The translations under genes and the position numbers were made by a program. The notes under the pieces are model-generated. The model had not been told where the DNA came from. It saw only the letters and a program-made list of their open reading frames with translations, and did no database searches. 64,000 bases of DNA. Origin: an uncultured virus (IMG/VR IMGVR_UViG_3300037419_002114) (taxonomy: Duplodnaviria > Heunggongvirae > Uroviricota > Caudoviricetes). Numbering within the stretch: the stretch's first letter is position 1; each line of letters opens with the position of its first letter. The DNA is taken from IMG/VR virus record IMGVR_UViG_3300037419_002114. One strand, given 5' to 3'. This document shows, one piece after another, positions 38,490-48,602 of this stretch.

Positions 38490-38821
38490 AAAACGAAATG
38501 AAAGTTGGCGGAATGAAATATGCAGTGGAGATTGTACCATTTGTCGAAATCAATGGCGATCGAAACTTTGCTGGAAGTTGTTCTTATCAAGATACAACCA
38601 TCAGCATTATGGAAGGGCTAAGTCGTGAACGATTCGAAGAAGTGCTGCTCCATGAAAGTTTTCATGCGATTCTGCACGAAGCAGGCTACGATGAACAAGA
38701 CGAGGAAACGGTTGTTCGCGTAGGAAAGATTTTGCATACTTTCGTGAAAGAAAACTTCCCAAACGACTTTGAACGAAAGGTCAACGATATCATTGAAAAC
38801 GCCATTGAACAAGGAGAATAG
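38486..38821 (+). CDS. HExxH metallopeptidase-like protein
   Basis: EVLLHESFHAIL. Confidence 0.75.
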   Translation: MKNEMKVGGMKYAVEIVPFVEINGDRNFAGSCSYQDTTISIMEGLSRERFEEVLLHESFHAILHEAGYDEQDEETVVRVGKILHTFVKENFPNDFERKVNDIIENAIEQGE

Positions 38822-39314
38822 ACGCTACTTAGGACTTGACCTCAGCATGACAAGTCCGGGGTTTGCGATGATTGAGGTACGTGATAGAAAAGCGTACCTT
38901 ATCGCCCACACCTCGACACAAACCGTGAAAAAGGAAAAGGATCGCACCTATTCCGATGGAGAACGAATTAAAGCAATTATCGATACACTAGATAATTTCA
39001 TGAAAGAAAATGGTCCAGTAGATGGCTATATTAAAGAGCAGTCCTTTGCTCGATTCAAAACAGAAACTGCCAAAATTTATTCAACAGTTGGGGCAGTTTT
39101 ATTTTTTTTACACGATAAAGAAGTAATTGATATCTCAAATAAAACCATCAAGAAACTACTCACTGGCAATGGAAATGGAACGAAGAAGCAAGTAGAAATA
39201 GAAGTGAAAGCAATGCTGAACCTTGATGAAGAATACCTATTTAAAAATGACGATGAATCCGATGCGTGTGCAGTGGTTCTAGCCTATTTAAAACAGAAAA
39301 AACTTATTGATTAA
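38769..39314 (+). CDS. RuvC-like Holliday junction resolvase
   Basis: YLGLDLS..PGFA, IKE, IKK..TGNG..K, DDESDA; start uncertain. Confidence 0.85.
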   Translation: MNERSTISLKTPLNKENRRYLGLDLSMTSPGFAMIEVRDRKAYLIAHTSTQTVKKEKDRTYSDGERIKAIIDTLDNFMKENGPVDGYIKEQSFARFKTETAKIYSTVGAVLFFLHDKEVIDISNKTIKKLLTGNGNGTKKQVEIEVKAMLNLDEEYLFKNDDESDACAVVLAYLKQKKLID

Positions 39315-39327
39315 AGGAGCAAACGTC

Positions 39328-41562
39328 ATGTCAATCGAAGTCATAAAGCGAGATGGAAGAAAAGAAGAACTAAACATTGAGAAAATCCGAAAAGTAGTGC
39401 TATTTGCAACAGAAGGGTTAAACGCAGACCCAATGGAACTTGAAATGGATGCCAAACTATCGATTTCAGATGGCGTAAAAACAAAAGACATTCAACGCAT
39501 TCTCACGCAAGTAGCCGTTGAAAAAACAACCGTGCAAGCAACCGATTGGCAGTTCGTAGGAAGCCGATTGTTTTTATATGATTTGATGAAAGAAGCAAAA
39601 AAGAACAGAAAACTAACCAAACCATTCGGATATGAAAAGTTCTATGAATTGGTCGTAACGCTTACCGAAAAAGGACTCTACGGAAAGTTTCTGCTAGAGA
39701 ATTACTCCAAAGAAGAAATCGAAGAACTTGAACGTCAAATCAATCCGGAAAATGACCTTCTGTTTACTTATCCAGGTTTAAAACTACTTGCTGACCGTTA
39801 CCTCGTCACTGACTTCGATGGCTCGGTAATGGAACTTCCACAAGAGCGATTCATGATTATTGCGATGCATTTGGCGATGAATGAAACGGAAAAAATGAAA
39901 TGGGCGAAAAAGTTTTATTGGGCGTTATCAAACCATTATCTGATGACCGCTACACCGACTCTAGCCAATGCAGGAACGCCTAGAAGCCAGTTGTCGAGTT
40001 GTTTTATTGATACCGTGGATGATTCGTTATGGGGCATTTACCACTCGTTAGAGAACGCAGCAACGAACTCTAAATGGGGTGGAGGAATCGGAACATATTG
40101 GGGGCACGTCCGCTCACGTGGGTCAAGCATTCAAGGTTTCGAAGGAGTTTCTGGCGGAGTCATTCCATTTCTGAAAAGTTTTAACCAAACGGCAGTTTCT
40201 GTCGATCAACTTGGCACACGTTCCGGAGCAATTTCCGTCTACCTTGATGCATGGCATTTAGATATTTTGGAGTTTTTAGATGGGAAGTTAAACAATGGCG
40301 ATGAACGTCTTAAATTCCATGACCTATTTCCTGCCATTTGTATGCCAAACATCTTCTATAAGCGTGTTGAATCTCGTGGAAAGTGGACGTTATTTGACCC
40401 TCACGAAGTAAAAACGAAAATGGGATTCGTCCTAGAAGATACATTCGGAGATGAGTTCGAAGAGAAATATCTTCAATGCGAACAAAGTCCGAATCTTAAA
40501 CTTCGTAAAGAAATCGAAGCAATCGAAATCATGAAGCGTGTAATGAAGTCGGCATTCGAAACAGGCGGACCGTTTATCTTCAATCGTGATACAGTAAACT
40601 ACTATCAACCGAACCCACACGTAGGAAACGTGTATTCATCGAACCTCTGTACAGAAATCGCACAGGTTATGTCACCTTCGCAACTTTCCGAAGAAACACT
40701 TGCTGATGGACGAATCGTTCGTGTTGTCGAACCAGGAAATCATGTTATTTGTAACCTCAATTCGCTTAATTTATCTCGCTTGACAGTGAAAATGCTTCAA
40801 GAGATTATTCCAATTCAAATTCGTATGCTTGATAATGTTATCGACCATAACTTCTATCCAGTAAAAGAAACGGAGTACACCAACAAACGCTTCCGTGCGA
40901 TCGGTGCTGGGGTTATGGGTTATCATGACCACCTTGTACAAAACGGAATCCGTTGGGAATCTGAAGAACATTTGGAATACGCTGATGAACTGTACAATGA
41001 AATTGCCTACCACACCATCAAAGCATCCATGGAACTTGCCAAAGAAAAAGGTGCATACCCACTATTTGAAGGCAGTGAATGGCACACAGGTTCTTATTTT
41101 AAGAAGCGTGACTACACATCTGAAACTTGGAAAGAACTTGCAAAAGATGTTGCAAAATACGGAATCCGCAATTCAAACCTAATGGCAGTTGCCCCAACAG
41201 GGTCAATTTCCGTTATCAGTGGCGGAGCATCAGCTACAACTGACCCTATTTTTAAGAAGTATTATGTAGAAGAGAAAAAAGGAATGACTGTTCCTGTTGT
41301 TCCTGCTCATTTAGATGAGAAAACCTTCTTCTTATACAAAGAAGCCCACACAATCGATCAACTATGGAGCATTAAAGCGAACGCTGTACGTGCTAGGCAC
41401 ATTGATCAGGCACAAAGTTTCAACCTTTATATCAAGCCGGATATTTCTGCAAAAGAGTTTTTAAATCTGTATTTGGAAGCATGGAAACAAGGAGTGAGAA
41501 CCATCTACTATACTCGCACACAAATCGAACTGTACGAAGATGATTGTGTTTCATGCACGTAA
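39328..41562 (+). CDS. nrdA: Class I ribonucleotide reductase alpha subunit with ATP cone
   Basis: VIKRDG, ATPTLAN, LSSCF, SNLCTEI, APTGS, TIYY, C-terminal CVSCT. Confidence 0.95.
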   Translation: MSIEVIKRDGRKEELNIEKIRKVVLFATEGLNADPMELEMDAKLSISDGVKTKDIQRILTQVAVEKTTVQATDWQFVGSRLFLYDLMKEAKKNRKLTKPFGYEKFYELVVTLTEKGLYGKFLLENYSKEEIEELERQINPENDLLFTYPGLKLLADRYLVTDFDGSVMELPQERFMIIAMHLAMNETEKMKWAKKFYWALSNHYLMTATPTLANAGTPRSQLSSCFIDTVDDSLWGIYHSLENAATNSKWGGGIGTYWGHVRSRGSSIQGFEGVSGGVIPFLKSFNQTAVSVDQLGTRSGAISVYLDAWHLDILEFLDGKLNNGDERLKFHDLFPAICMPNIFYKRVESRGKWTLFDPHEVKTKMGFVLEDTFGDEFEEKYLQCEQSPNLKLRKEIEAIEIMKRVMKSAFETGGPFIFNRDTVNYYQPNPHVGNVYSSNLCTEIAQVMSPSQLSEETLADGRIVRVVEPGNHVICNLNSLNLSRLTVKMLQEIIPIQIRMLDNVIDHNFYPVKETEYTNKRFRAIGAGVMGYHDHLVQNGIRWESEEHLEYADELYNEIAYHTIKASMELAKEKGAYPLFEGSEWHTGSYFKKRDYTSETWKELAKDVAKYGIRNSNLMAVAPTGSISVISGGASATTDPIFKKYYVEEKKGMTVPVVPAHLDEKTFFLYKEAHTIDQLWSIKANAVRARHIDQAQSFNLYIKPDISAKEFLNLYLEAWKQGVRTIYYTRTQIELYEDDCVSCT

Positions 41563-41567
41563 TAACT

Positions 41568-41600
41568 AGGGAGAGCGTTATGCTCTCCCTTATTTTTTTT
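41568..41600 (+). terminator. Intrinsic terminator between RNR subunits
   Basis: AGGGAGAGC..GCTCTCCCT followed by a T run. Confidence 0.85.
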
Positions 41601-41607
41601 CTAAAAA

Positions 41608-41637
41608 TGTGAAAAAAACGGTTTTAATCCGTAGATA
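41608..41637 (+). promoter_or_regulatory. Second copy of the candidate phage-sigma promoter
   Basis: TGTGAAAAAAA-N10-CCGTAGATA upstream of nrdB. Confidence 0.65.
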
Positions 41638-41660
41638 CATAGTAGAAAAGGAGGACGTTC

Positions 41661-42692
41661 ATGAGCGAAATTATCAGAAAACGTATTTACAATGACGAAG
41701 GGAATCGAAACAACCCTCGTATTATCAATGGAAATCCGACAAACATTCGTGAATGGGCAAGAGCGTCTTATAAATGGACGAACAGTTTGTGGAAAGTGAT
41801 GCTCAATAACTTTTGGCAAAGTTCCGAAGTCAACCTCGTAGATGATGCGAAACAGTTCGAACTTCTATCGGATACAGAACGCAGAGCATTCGATAAAATT
41901 ATCTCGTTTCTAACTTTCCTAGATTCCATTCAAGGCGAGAACTTACCGAACGTTGGGCAATATATCACCGCTCCGGAAGTGACTGCTCTACTTAACGTTC
42001 ATGCGTTCCAAGAAGAAGTACACGCTGAATCGTATTCAACAATTTTGGAAGCGGTTTGCTCGCCGGAAGCACGAGAGAAGATTTACGAAGAGCCATTTAA
42101 CGACCCTCACCTTAAAGCAAGAAACAAATTTATTGCGGATCTTTATCAAGAGTTTTTGGATGCACCCAATGACACGAATCTCGTAAAAACAGTCATGGCA
42201 AACATCCTATTAGAAGGAATTTACTTCTACAGTGGATTTAGTTTCTTCTACACACTGGCTCGACAAGGAAAGATGAGCGGAACGGCCAGTATGATTTCCT
42301 TTATTCAAAAAGATGAAAACACACATCTTGCACTCTTCACCCACATCTTCAAGGAAATTCGAAATGAAAATCCTCACCTCTTCACACCAAAAGTAATTGA
42401 AGAACTTCGCACCATGGCAAAAACAGCGGTAGAACATGAAATTGCATGGGGGCAGTACGTCACCAACAATCAGATTCTAGGTCTTACCAATGAGTTGATT
42501 GAAAAGTATATCAAATATCTTGGAAATCAACGACTCATCGCCTTGAATTTAGAACCTCTCTACCCAGAGATTACAGAAAATCCGATGAAATGGGTAGACA
42601 GTTTTGCAAACGTAAACGATCAGAAAACAGACTTCTTTGAAGCACGAGTGAAAAGTTATCAGAAAGCAAATTTGGACTTTGGTGATTTGTGA
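41661..42692 (+). CDS. nrdB: Ribonucleotide reductase beta subunit
   Basis: FLDSIQ, EEVHAESY, LEGIYFYSGF, DENTH, DFFE. Confidence 0.95.
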   Translation: MSEIIRKRIYNDEGNRNNPRIINGNPTNIREWARASYKWTNSLWKVMLNNFWQSSEVNLVDDAKQFELLSDTERRAFDKIISFLTFLDSIQGENLPNVGQYITAPEVTALLNVHAFQEEVHAESYSTILEAVCSPEAREKIYEEPFNDPHLKARNKFIADLYQEFLDAPNDTNLVKTVMANILLEGIYFYSGFSFFYTLARQGKMSGTASMISFIQKDENTHLALFTHIFKEIRNENPHLFTPKVIEELRTMAKTAVEHEIAWGQYVTNNQILGLTNELIEKYIKYLGNQRLIALNLEPLYPEITENPMKWVDSFANVNDQKTDFFEARVKSYQKANLDFGDL

Positions 42693-43115
42693 TGAAAATA
42701 TGGTTTAAAAAGATGCGGTATCGTATCAAAGGAATTATCCACAACGTAAAAATGAGAATCAAGAATCGAAAGGTATGTAAACGTGAAGGACATTTATCAA
42801 TTCGAGGATTCATCAAACAAGATATCGACAATCATTATTGCGTTCGTTGTGGCAAGAAGTTTAAAGGGGATTCGCACCTACCCAAAAAGGTGCGTAAAAA
42901 AAAAAGAAATTGACGAGATATCAAGGAGAAATTATGAAAAGAAATTTAAACGTACCATACAAACAATACGTGTATCGCAGTCTGATGGATCAATACCAAG
43001 CAAGCGGGAAAGCAAAGGGAAAGTTCGCACGAAGAGTTCTGAGAAACCAAATCAAGCAAGCACTATACACGAGAAACCGCAACAAAAACAATGATGTAGA
43101 CTAAGGAGAAATATT

Positions 43116-43775
43116 ATGCCATTGCCGAAGCACAATCTGTTGTTCGGATTCGAACCAAAACTGACAGATGAACAACGTACTTATGTAAATAGCATCTTCG
43201 ACAATCAATTAACCATCGTAAACGCTAAAAGCGGAACTGGTAAGACGACACTGGCGGTTGCATGTGCCAAAATCATCGGAAAAGATTTGGTCTACATCTT
43301 CTCGCCAGTACAGGAGAAAACACTTGGCTTTCGTCCCGGTTCAACGAAGGAAAAGGAACATGACTACCTCATTCCTTTAATTGATGCGTTGCATGAAATC
43401 AACGAAGATCCAAACAAAGCCATTTACAATGAAGAAACCATGAACAGTGAAGCCTTAAAAAGACGAGAATTTTGGGTATTTCCTATGAGTCATACTTTCG
43501 CACGAGGAATGAACCTCAAAAACAAAACCGTTATCATCGATGAAACGCAGAACTTCACGCGTGGCGAACTTAAAAAAGTGCTCACTCGTATTCATGATTC
43601 CTGTACGGTAATAATGATTGGTCACGATGGACAATGCGATTTGCCGGACCCGAAGAAAAGCGGATTTGTTCCGTATATGGAGCATTTTCGAAATGAGCCG
43701 TATGCAAACGTCTGTGAGTTATCGAAAAACTTCCGTGGGCATCTCGCTCAGCATGCAGACGAACTTTCATGGTAG
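43116..43775 (+). CDS. phoH: PhoH family ATPase
   Basis: SGTGKT, GFRPG, RGMNL, IIDETQN, LTRI, GHDGQCD. Confidence 0.92.
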   Translation: MPLPKHNLLFGFEPKLTDEQRTYVNSIFDNQLTIVNAKSGTGKTTLAVACAKIIGKDLVYIFSPVQEKTLGFRPGSTKEKEHDYLIPLIDALHEINEDPNKAIYNEETMNSEALKRREFWVFPMSHTFARGMNLKNKTVIIDETQNFTRGELKKVLTRIHDSCTVIMIGHDGQCDLPDPKKSGFVPYMEHFRNEPYANVCELSKNFRGHLAQHADELSW

Positions 43776-43959
43776 GTGAAGCAGATGGATTGGTTTACGG
43801 AATACGTGATGCAAGAATCAAAACTAGAGTCGGTATCAACTCGTATGCTGAACGCTGAATTTGAAAACAAAAAACTTCGTTTGGAAAATTACCAAATTGC
43901 AGAAGAAAATGGTCGCCTTAAAGCAGAATTGAAGTCGTTAAAAGAAAAATACGGAATGG

Positions 43960-44424
43960 ATGATGAAGATGTTCGGAAGGAGAAAACGAGTGAGAATCAA
44001 AACGAAGAAACTCTATAAAGACTCTGTTATTCCTCAATACGAAAAACAATTCTCGGCAGGATTTGACCTTCATGCCTACCTTGAAAATGGTGTAACGGCA
44101 ATCTCGCCAGGTGAAACCAAAATCATCGGTACTGGCGTAGCATTTCAGATTCCACAAGGTTTCGAAATACAAGTTCGTCCTCGTAGTGGTTTGGCTGCTC
44201 GCCATTCCCTAACGGTCGTCAACAGTCCAGGAACGATTGATTGCGGATTTTTAGATGAGGTAAAAGTGATATTAATCAATCACGGAAAAGAAACCATCAT
44301 CATCAAGCATGGCGATCGGATTGGGCAGGGAGTCCTATCAAAATTTGACGAAGCAGAATTTGTAGAGGTGGAGAACCTAACTGGATTTAACAGGGGTGGT
44401 GGCTTTGGGTCAAGTGGCATATAA
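43960..44424 (+). CDS. dut: Trimeric dUTPase
   Basis: AGFDL, RPRSGLA, NSPGTID, GDRIGQ, RGGGFGSSG. Confidence 0.95.
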   Translation: MMKMFGRRKRVRIKTKKLYKDSVIPQYEKQFSAGFDLHAYLENGVTAISPGETKIIGTGVAFQIPQGFEIQVRPRSGLAARHSLTVVNSPGTIDCGFLDEVKVILINHGKETIIIKHGDRIGQGVLSKFDEAEFVEVENLTGFNRGGGFGSSGI

Positions 44425-44899
44425 AGAAATAGAATTAACCAATGGCGGAATTGCAATTGTAGATGATGAAGATTACGAGGAACTTTTAAAATACAAGTGG
44501 CATAAGAAGATAGATGGATATGCCGCAAGAACAGTATACGAAAAAGGAAAGTTTCAAACTATCAGAATGCATCGTGAAATAATGGATGCACCAAAAGGTT
44601 TTGATGTTGACCATGTTAATGGAAATAGATTAGATAACAGAAAAACCAATTTAAGAAAAGCAACAAGAAGTCAAAATGTAATGAACAAAGGAAAATTATC
44701 CAATAACAAATCCGGATATAAAGGTGTTTATTGGGATTCGCAAACAAAAAAATGGAGAGCATGCATTAGAGTGAATGGAAAACTCATCAATCTTGGTAGG
44801 TTTCAAGATAAGGATGAAGCGGCGTTGGAATATAATAAGGCGGCAATTTTCTATCACAAAGAGTTTGCATTCTTAAACGAGGTGAAAAATGAACGTTAA
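44396..44899 (+). CDS. HNH-AP2 homing endonuclease
   Basis: MHREIM..VDHVNGNRLDNRKTNLR, then SGYKGVYW..KWRA..LGRF AP2 domain. Confidence 0.9.
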   Translation: MVALGQVAYKEIELTNGGIAIVDDEDYEELLKYKWHKKIDGYAARTVYEKGKFQTIRMHREIMDAPKGFDVDHVNGNRLDNRKTNLRKATRSQNVMNKGKLSNNKSGYKGVYWDSQTKKWRACIRVNGKLINLGRFQDKDEAALEYNKAAIFYHKEFAFLNEVKNER

Positions 44900-45671
44900 A
44901 CTACTCGCTCACACAAAGTTATCAGATGAGTTTTACCACACACTTGACCACGATATTGCGGTTATGTATTTAAATGATAAACCAACTGATGGACAAGCCG
45001 TGTCGCTCACTGCCATTCGTAATTGCTATTCGCCCTTGCTCCCAACAGAAATCTTAAACGTTGAGGGCGAGAAGTATTTCGGAAAAACGGCAAGTGATGG
45101 ACTAGGTGGTAGCGATGCCGATCGATTGTTTCGACACATCTTTAAGTCGAAACATACTAGCACTTTAGAACATTTGACTTTCTCAATGGCAATTGAAGGA
45201 GTATCACGTTCCCTGCTTGCACAACTGACTCGTCATAGACATTTCAGCTTCAGTGTAGAATCCCAACGCTACGTGAAATTTGGTAGCGATGATAAATCGC
45301 AAGGATTCGATTACGTGATTCCGAAAAGTATCGAAGAATCGAAAAATGAAATCCTATTCGGATTTGACCGAGAAGATTGGGGTAATTGGAAAGCGAAAGG
45401 TATTTTCGAAGAAACAATGCGGATTCTGCAAGAAGCATATGACGGTCTACGTGAAGCAGGTATTCCTGCCGAAGACGCACGAGCCATATTACCGAATGCT
45501 GCAACGTGCAACATCGTCATGACAGGTAATCTACGTTCTATCTTAGATTTTTATTCGAAACGAAAGCCTGGTAGGGGCGGTCAACTAGAGATAACTCAAC
45601 TAGCAGAGGAAATGAAGAATGCAGTGGTAAAAGTAGAACCATGGACAGAACAATTCTTTAATGAAGTATAA
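44889..45671 (+). CDS. thyX: Flavin-dependent thymidylate synthase
   Basis: HTSTLEH, QLTRHRHFSFSVESQRY, EDARAILP. Confidence 0.93.
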   Translation: MNVKLLAHTKLSDEFYHTLDHDIAVMYLNDKPTDGQAVSLTAIRNCYSPLLPTEILNVEGEKYFGKTASDGLGGSDADRLFRHIFKSKHTSTLEHLTFSMAIEGVSRSLLAQLTRHRHFSFSVESQRYVKFGSDDKSQGFDYVIPKSIEESKNEILFGFDREDWGNWKAKGIFEETMRILQEAYDGLREAGIPAEDARAILPNAATCNIVMTGNLRSILDFYSKRKPGRGGQLEITQLAEEMKNAVVKVEPWTEQFFNEV

Positions 45672-45908
45672 AGGGGAAACGAATGAAAACATTTCTATCA
45701 TCCATTGTGTGGCTTATCGGACTTGCACTCGGACTTTTCTTAGGTCCGTATGTATTTGAACTGTTGTATAACTGGGGAATCGGCACATTGTTTGAAAATG
45801 CTCCACACATGAATTTCTTTCACGCATTTATGATTTTTTGGATGGTTAAAGTTCTATTTACGGATGTAAACGTAAAAACAAAAGACGAAGAATAAAAACT
45901 GAAAGGGA

Positions 45909-46478
45909 GTGATGGTGATCACTACACGAGTAAGGATAGGGGTCATAGTAACGATTGCGTTATCGTTGCTAACCCTATCACCAATCGCGAAGCCTGCGGA
46001 GGACAAACCGAGTATACAAACGCAAATCCCCCCAATCACTGTGAAACTTCCCCAAGTCAAACCACAAGCAACACTTCCTCAAGCAACAAAAACCCCTGCA
46101 CCACCAGCACCGAAGCCTACACCACCACCTATTCCTCAGCCAAAAGTAGAATCTCCTAAGCAAGATGATTCACAATACGTAGTCTACAACGTCACGGCAT
46201 ACACCAATGGCGTTGAAGATACACAAAAGCATAAAGGTCAAGAAGGTTATGGTATTACGGCTTCCGGAAAGAAAACGGTAGAAGGGGTAACCATTGCAGC
46301 ACCAAAGTCGATTCCGTTCGGCACAAAGATTTACATCAAAGAACTTGACCATACCTACATTGTTCAAGATCGAGGTGGGGCAATAAAATCCGGACATTTG
46401 GATATTTTCTTCGAGAATGTTTCGGATATGGAGAATTTCGGACGACAGTATCTACACATTAAAATTATAAAGGAGTAA
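45909..46478 (+). CDS. 3D-domain cell-wall protein with signal/TM and Pro-rich linker
   Basis: VTAYT, GITASG, IPFGTKIYI, QDRGGAIK..LDIF. Confidence 0.85.
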   Translation: MMVITTRVRIGVIVTIALSLLTLSPIAKPAEDKPSIQTQIPPITVKLPQVKPQATLPQATKTPAPPAPKPTPPPIPQPKVESPKQDDSQYVVYNVTAYTNGVEDTQKHKGQEGYGITASGKKTVEGVTIAAPKSIPFGTKIYIKELDHTYIVQDRGGAIKSGHLDIFFENVSDMENFGRQYLHIKIIKE

Positions 46479-46480
46479 TT

Positions 46481-46858
46481 ATGGGAGTTTGTCACGTTGA
46501 CACACGAAAGAATGAACGTAAATTAGACGATACGTATTCGCTATCTTCAGTAGATGGCATCAAAAAACTGCTCGAAGACATCCCTTACTTAGGAGAAAGA
46601 CGATATTTCGAAGGAGATTTCGATGCTTGCAACATCCTCGTTGACCTCGCACATGCCATAGAAATAGCGATTGTCTGCGATCGACTAACTGAAAAACAAC
46701 GCCAAGCCATGAAATTGATTTATATCGAAGGCTATACCTGTGAAGAAGCAGGCGAAAAAATGGGCATATCGGATACAACCGTTTATCAACACGCTGAAAA
46801 AGCATGTGAAAAGTTAGCCTTAATGTTTGCTGACTGGAAATACAATGAGGTCATTTAG
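46481..46858 (+). CDS. Sigma70 region 4-like HTH regulator
   Basis: LTEKQRQAMKLIYIEGYTCEEAGEKMGIS. Confidence 0.8.
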   Translation: MGVCHVDTRKNERKLDDTYSLSSVDGIKKLLEDIPYLGERRYFEGDFDACNILVDLAHAIEIAIVCDRLTEKQRQAMKLIYIEGYTCEEAGEKMGISDTTVYQHAEKACEKLALMFADWKYNEVI

Positions 46859-47270
46859 GAGGATTCATTTGTTTAGCATCGATGAAAATTACAAAACACA
46901 ATTTGAACATCAAGTAGATTCCCTTATAAAGGAAAAGATAGAGAATCGAGAAATCCGTATGGCACGTGTCAGTGTCCTGATCAATACGTATGTAGACGAA
47001 ATTGGAGAACGTCCGGAAGCCTTTCAGATTGAACGACTAACAAACGAGATTCTTCGAGAAGAATTGACCGATAAAAATCCGCATAAAATGAAGCACGAAG
47101 AAAGTCCGATTGCATCGCATTCACAACTTTCTCGCAGACGAAGAAAAGAATCGAGTTTTGACCTCGTAGAAGATAAGGTTGCAGGCGATCGAAAACGCAA
47201 AGGAATGCCACACCGTAGAATGCGTTCGAATTTTGAACAGGTAAATATGGATCTTGGACGAGAGGGGTAA
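46827..47270 (+). CDS. Hypothetical protein
   Basis: In operon, followed by terminator; start uncertain. Confidence 0.65.
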   Translation: MLTGNTMRSFRRIHLFSIDENYKTQFEHQVDSLIKEKIENREIRMARVSVLINTYVDEIGERPEAFQIERLTNEILREELTDKNPHKMKHEESPIASHSQLSRRRRKESSFDLVEDKVAGDRKRKGMPHRRMRSNFEQVNMDLGREG

Positions 47271-47294
47271 AACCCTCTTTTTTTATTTTTTTTA

Positions 47295-47348
47295 TTGCAC
47301 TCTAACTGTTTTGTGATATAGTAGAAGAAAGAAAGGAGTGATACTATG
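47295..47348 (+). promoter_or_regulatory. Remote copy of the early promoter/leader
   Basis: TTGCAC-TCTAACTGTTTTG..TATAGT..AAGGAGTGATACTATG, driving small ORFs from 47346. Confidence 0.75.
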
Positions 47349-47755
47349 GATATCACCATTAAAATATATGAAAAAGGCGGTTGGTCAATTAGAGGGTCAA
47401 AGAGTGAATATATTCGTTCAGATGAAGAAGTGGAAGAATTAAAAGAACTAATTGAAAAATTATCGGAAATTCTGAATCGAGTGGATCCTCATGAAAACAA
47501 TTAAATATAGAAACAAAGAGTACACCATATTTCACGAAAATGTAATTGAAACAAAAATGTATACGATGATTTCCATTTACGCAATCATTATCGATGGAGA
47601 TTTTTATGAACTATTGAATATTGACCATACATATAACAAACAAACACATCACTGCAGAATGGATTACACCACATCATGGATTTCTGATTTTATCATGCAA
47701 AAAATTAGATATTTTAAAAAAACAGTGTATAATGAATCCTAAAGGGGGCAATAAT

Positions 47756-48076
47756 ATGAATACAACCAAAAAAAGAGGTCGCAAAGGGAAAAAGTTTTGG
47801 ACACTCAAAAAAATAACGGGACACTACTACTTATACACTTGGGAGTATGACAAAGATGCCACGGAAGAAAAGAAAAGACGTATGCTATGGGAATATGAGA
47901 ACGGAAATCCAATGAACTATAAAAAAGAAGATTTATGGACAAAAGCAAGTTGCTATCGTTGGGTAAGTCATGGAAGATGGAATCCAGAAAAATTCTCCGA
48001 CTCCATCCTCGCATTTCTAAACGGCAATGAAGAATTACTAGCAGAGATCCAAGCGGAGTATGAAAGCAAAATCTAA
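47756..48076 (+). CDS. Hypothetical protein
   Basis: TGTATAAT -10 and AAGGGGG RBS before MNTTKK. Confidence 0.65.
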   Translation: MNTTKKRGRKGKKFWTLKKITGHYYLYTWEYDKDATEEKKRRMLWEYENGNPMNYKKEDLWTKASCYRWVSHGRWNPEKFSDSILAFLNGNEELLAEIQAEYESKI

Positions 48077-48546
48077 AGACGATTGATTTCCACAAGTAAT
48101 GCACTTTCAAATAAATCTTCTGGACTTACATCTTCACTTCCAACTAAAGTAACGCCTGCATACGTGTAGGCGTTATTTACTAACGTAGAGCATATCTTTT
48201 TGTTTTTCTCGTGATAATGAATGTCTACGTGGAAGTATTTTAAAAACAACTCGCCAATTTCACGTAAATCGTATTGCTGGCCAAACTGTTGAAGGCAATA
48301 GGTAACGATTTTCTCTCGTTGCTCATCGCTAAGACTCGGACATGTCTTTACGATTTTTTTACTTTTCGAACTACCGAGTTTAGCATATCCAACCGTTCGT
48401 CCTAGATTCGCTTCGATCACGGTATCCTCTTCCACGTAAATCGCAACGTGAATAATTTCTTCTTTACTGTGAGAAAAGAGGGCGATCAATTTTTCTAGAG
48501 TGTTCTTCGGAACGGCTTGATAAAAAACAATATCTCCTTTTTTCAT
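48073..48546 (-). CDS. Permuted papain-like (YiiX/NlpC-P60) protein
   Basis: KKGDIVF, HVAIY, EA, G.QYD, ICSTLV..AY, VSPEDL. Confidence 0.85.
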   Translation of the reverse strand: MKKGDIVFYQAVPKNTLEKLIALFSHSKEEIIHVAIYVEEDTVIEANLGRTVGYAKLGSSKSKKIVKTCPSLSDEQREKIVTYCLQQFGQQYDLREIGELFLKYFHVDIHYHEKNKKICSTLVNNAYTYAGVTLVGSEDVSPEDLFESALLVEINRL

Positions 48547-48602
48547 AAAAGACCCCCATATATAAAAAAATAAAACCCCACCAATAAAGGTGAGGTTTTT
48601 TA

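Noticed and set aside
39328..42692. Introns or inteins in nrdA/nrdB (also checked helicase and thyX)
   Set aside because: Frames are continuous and of normal length, with no splice motifs
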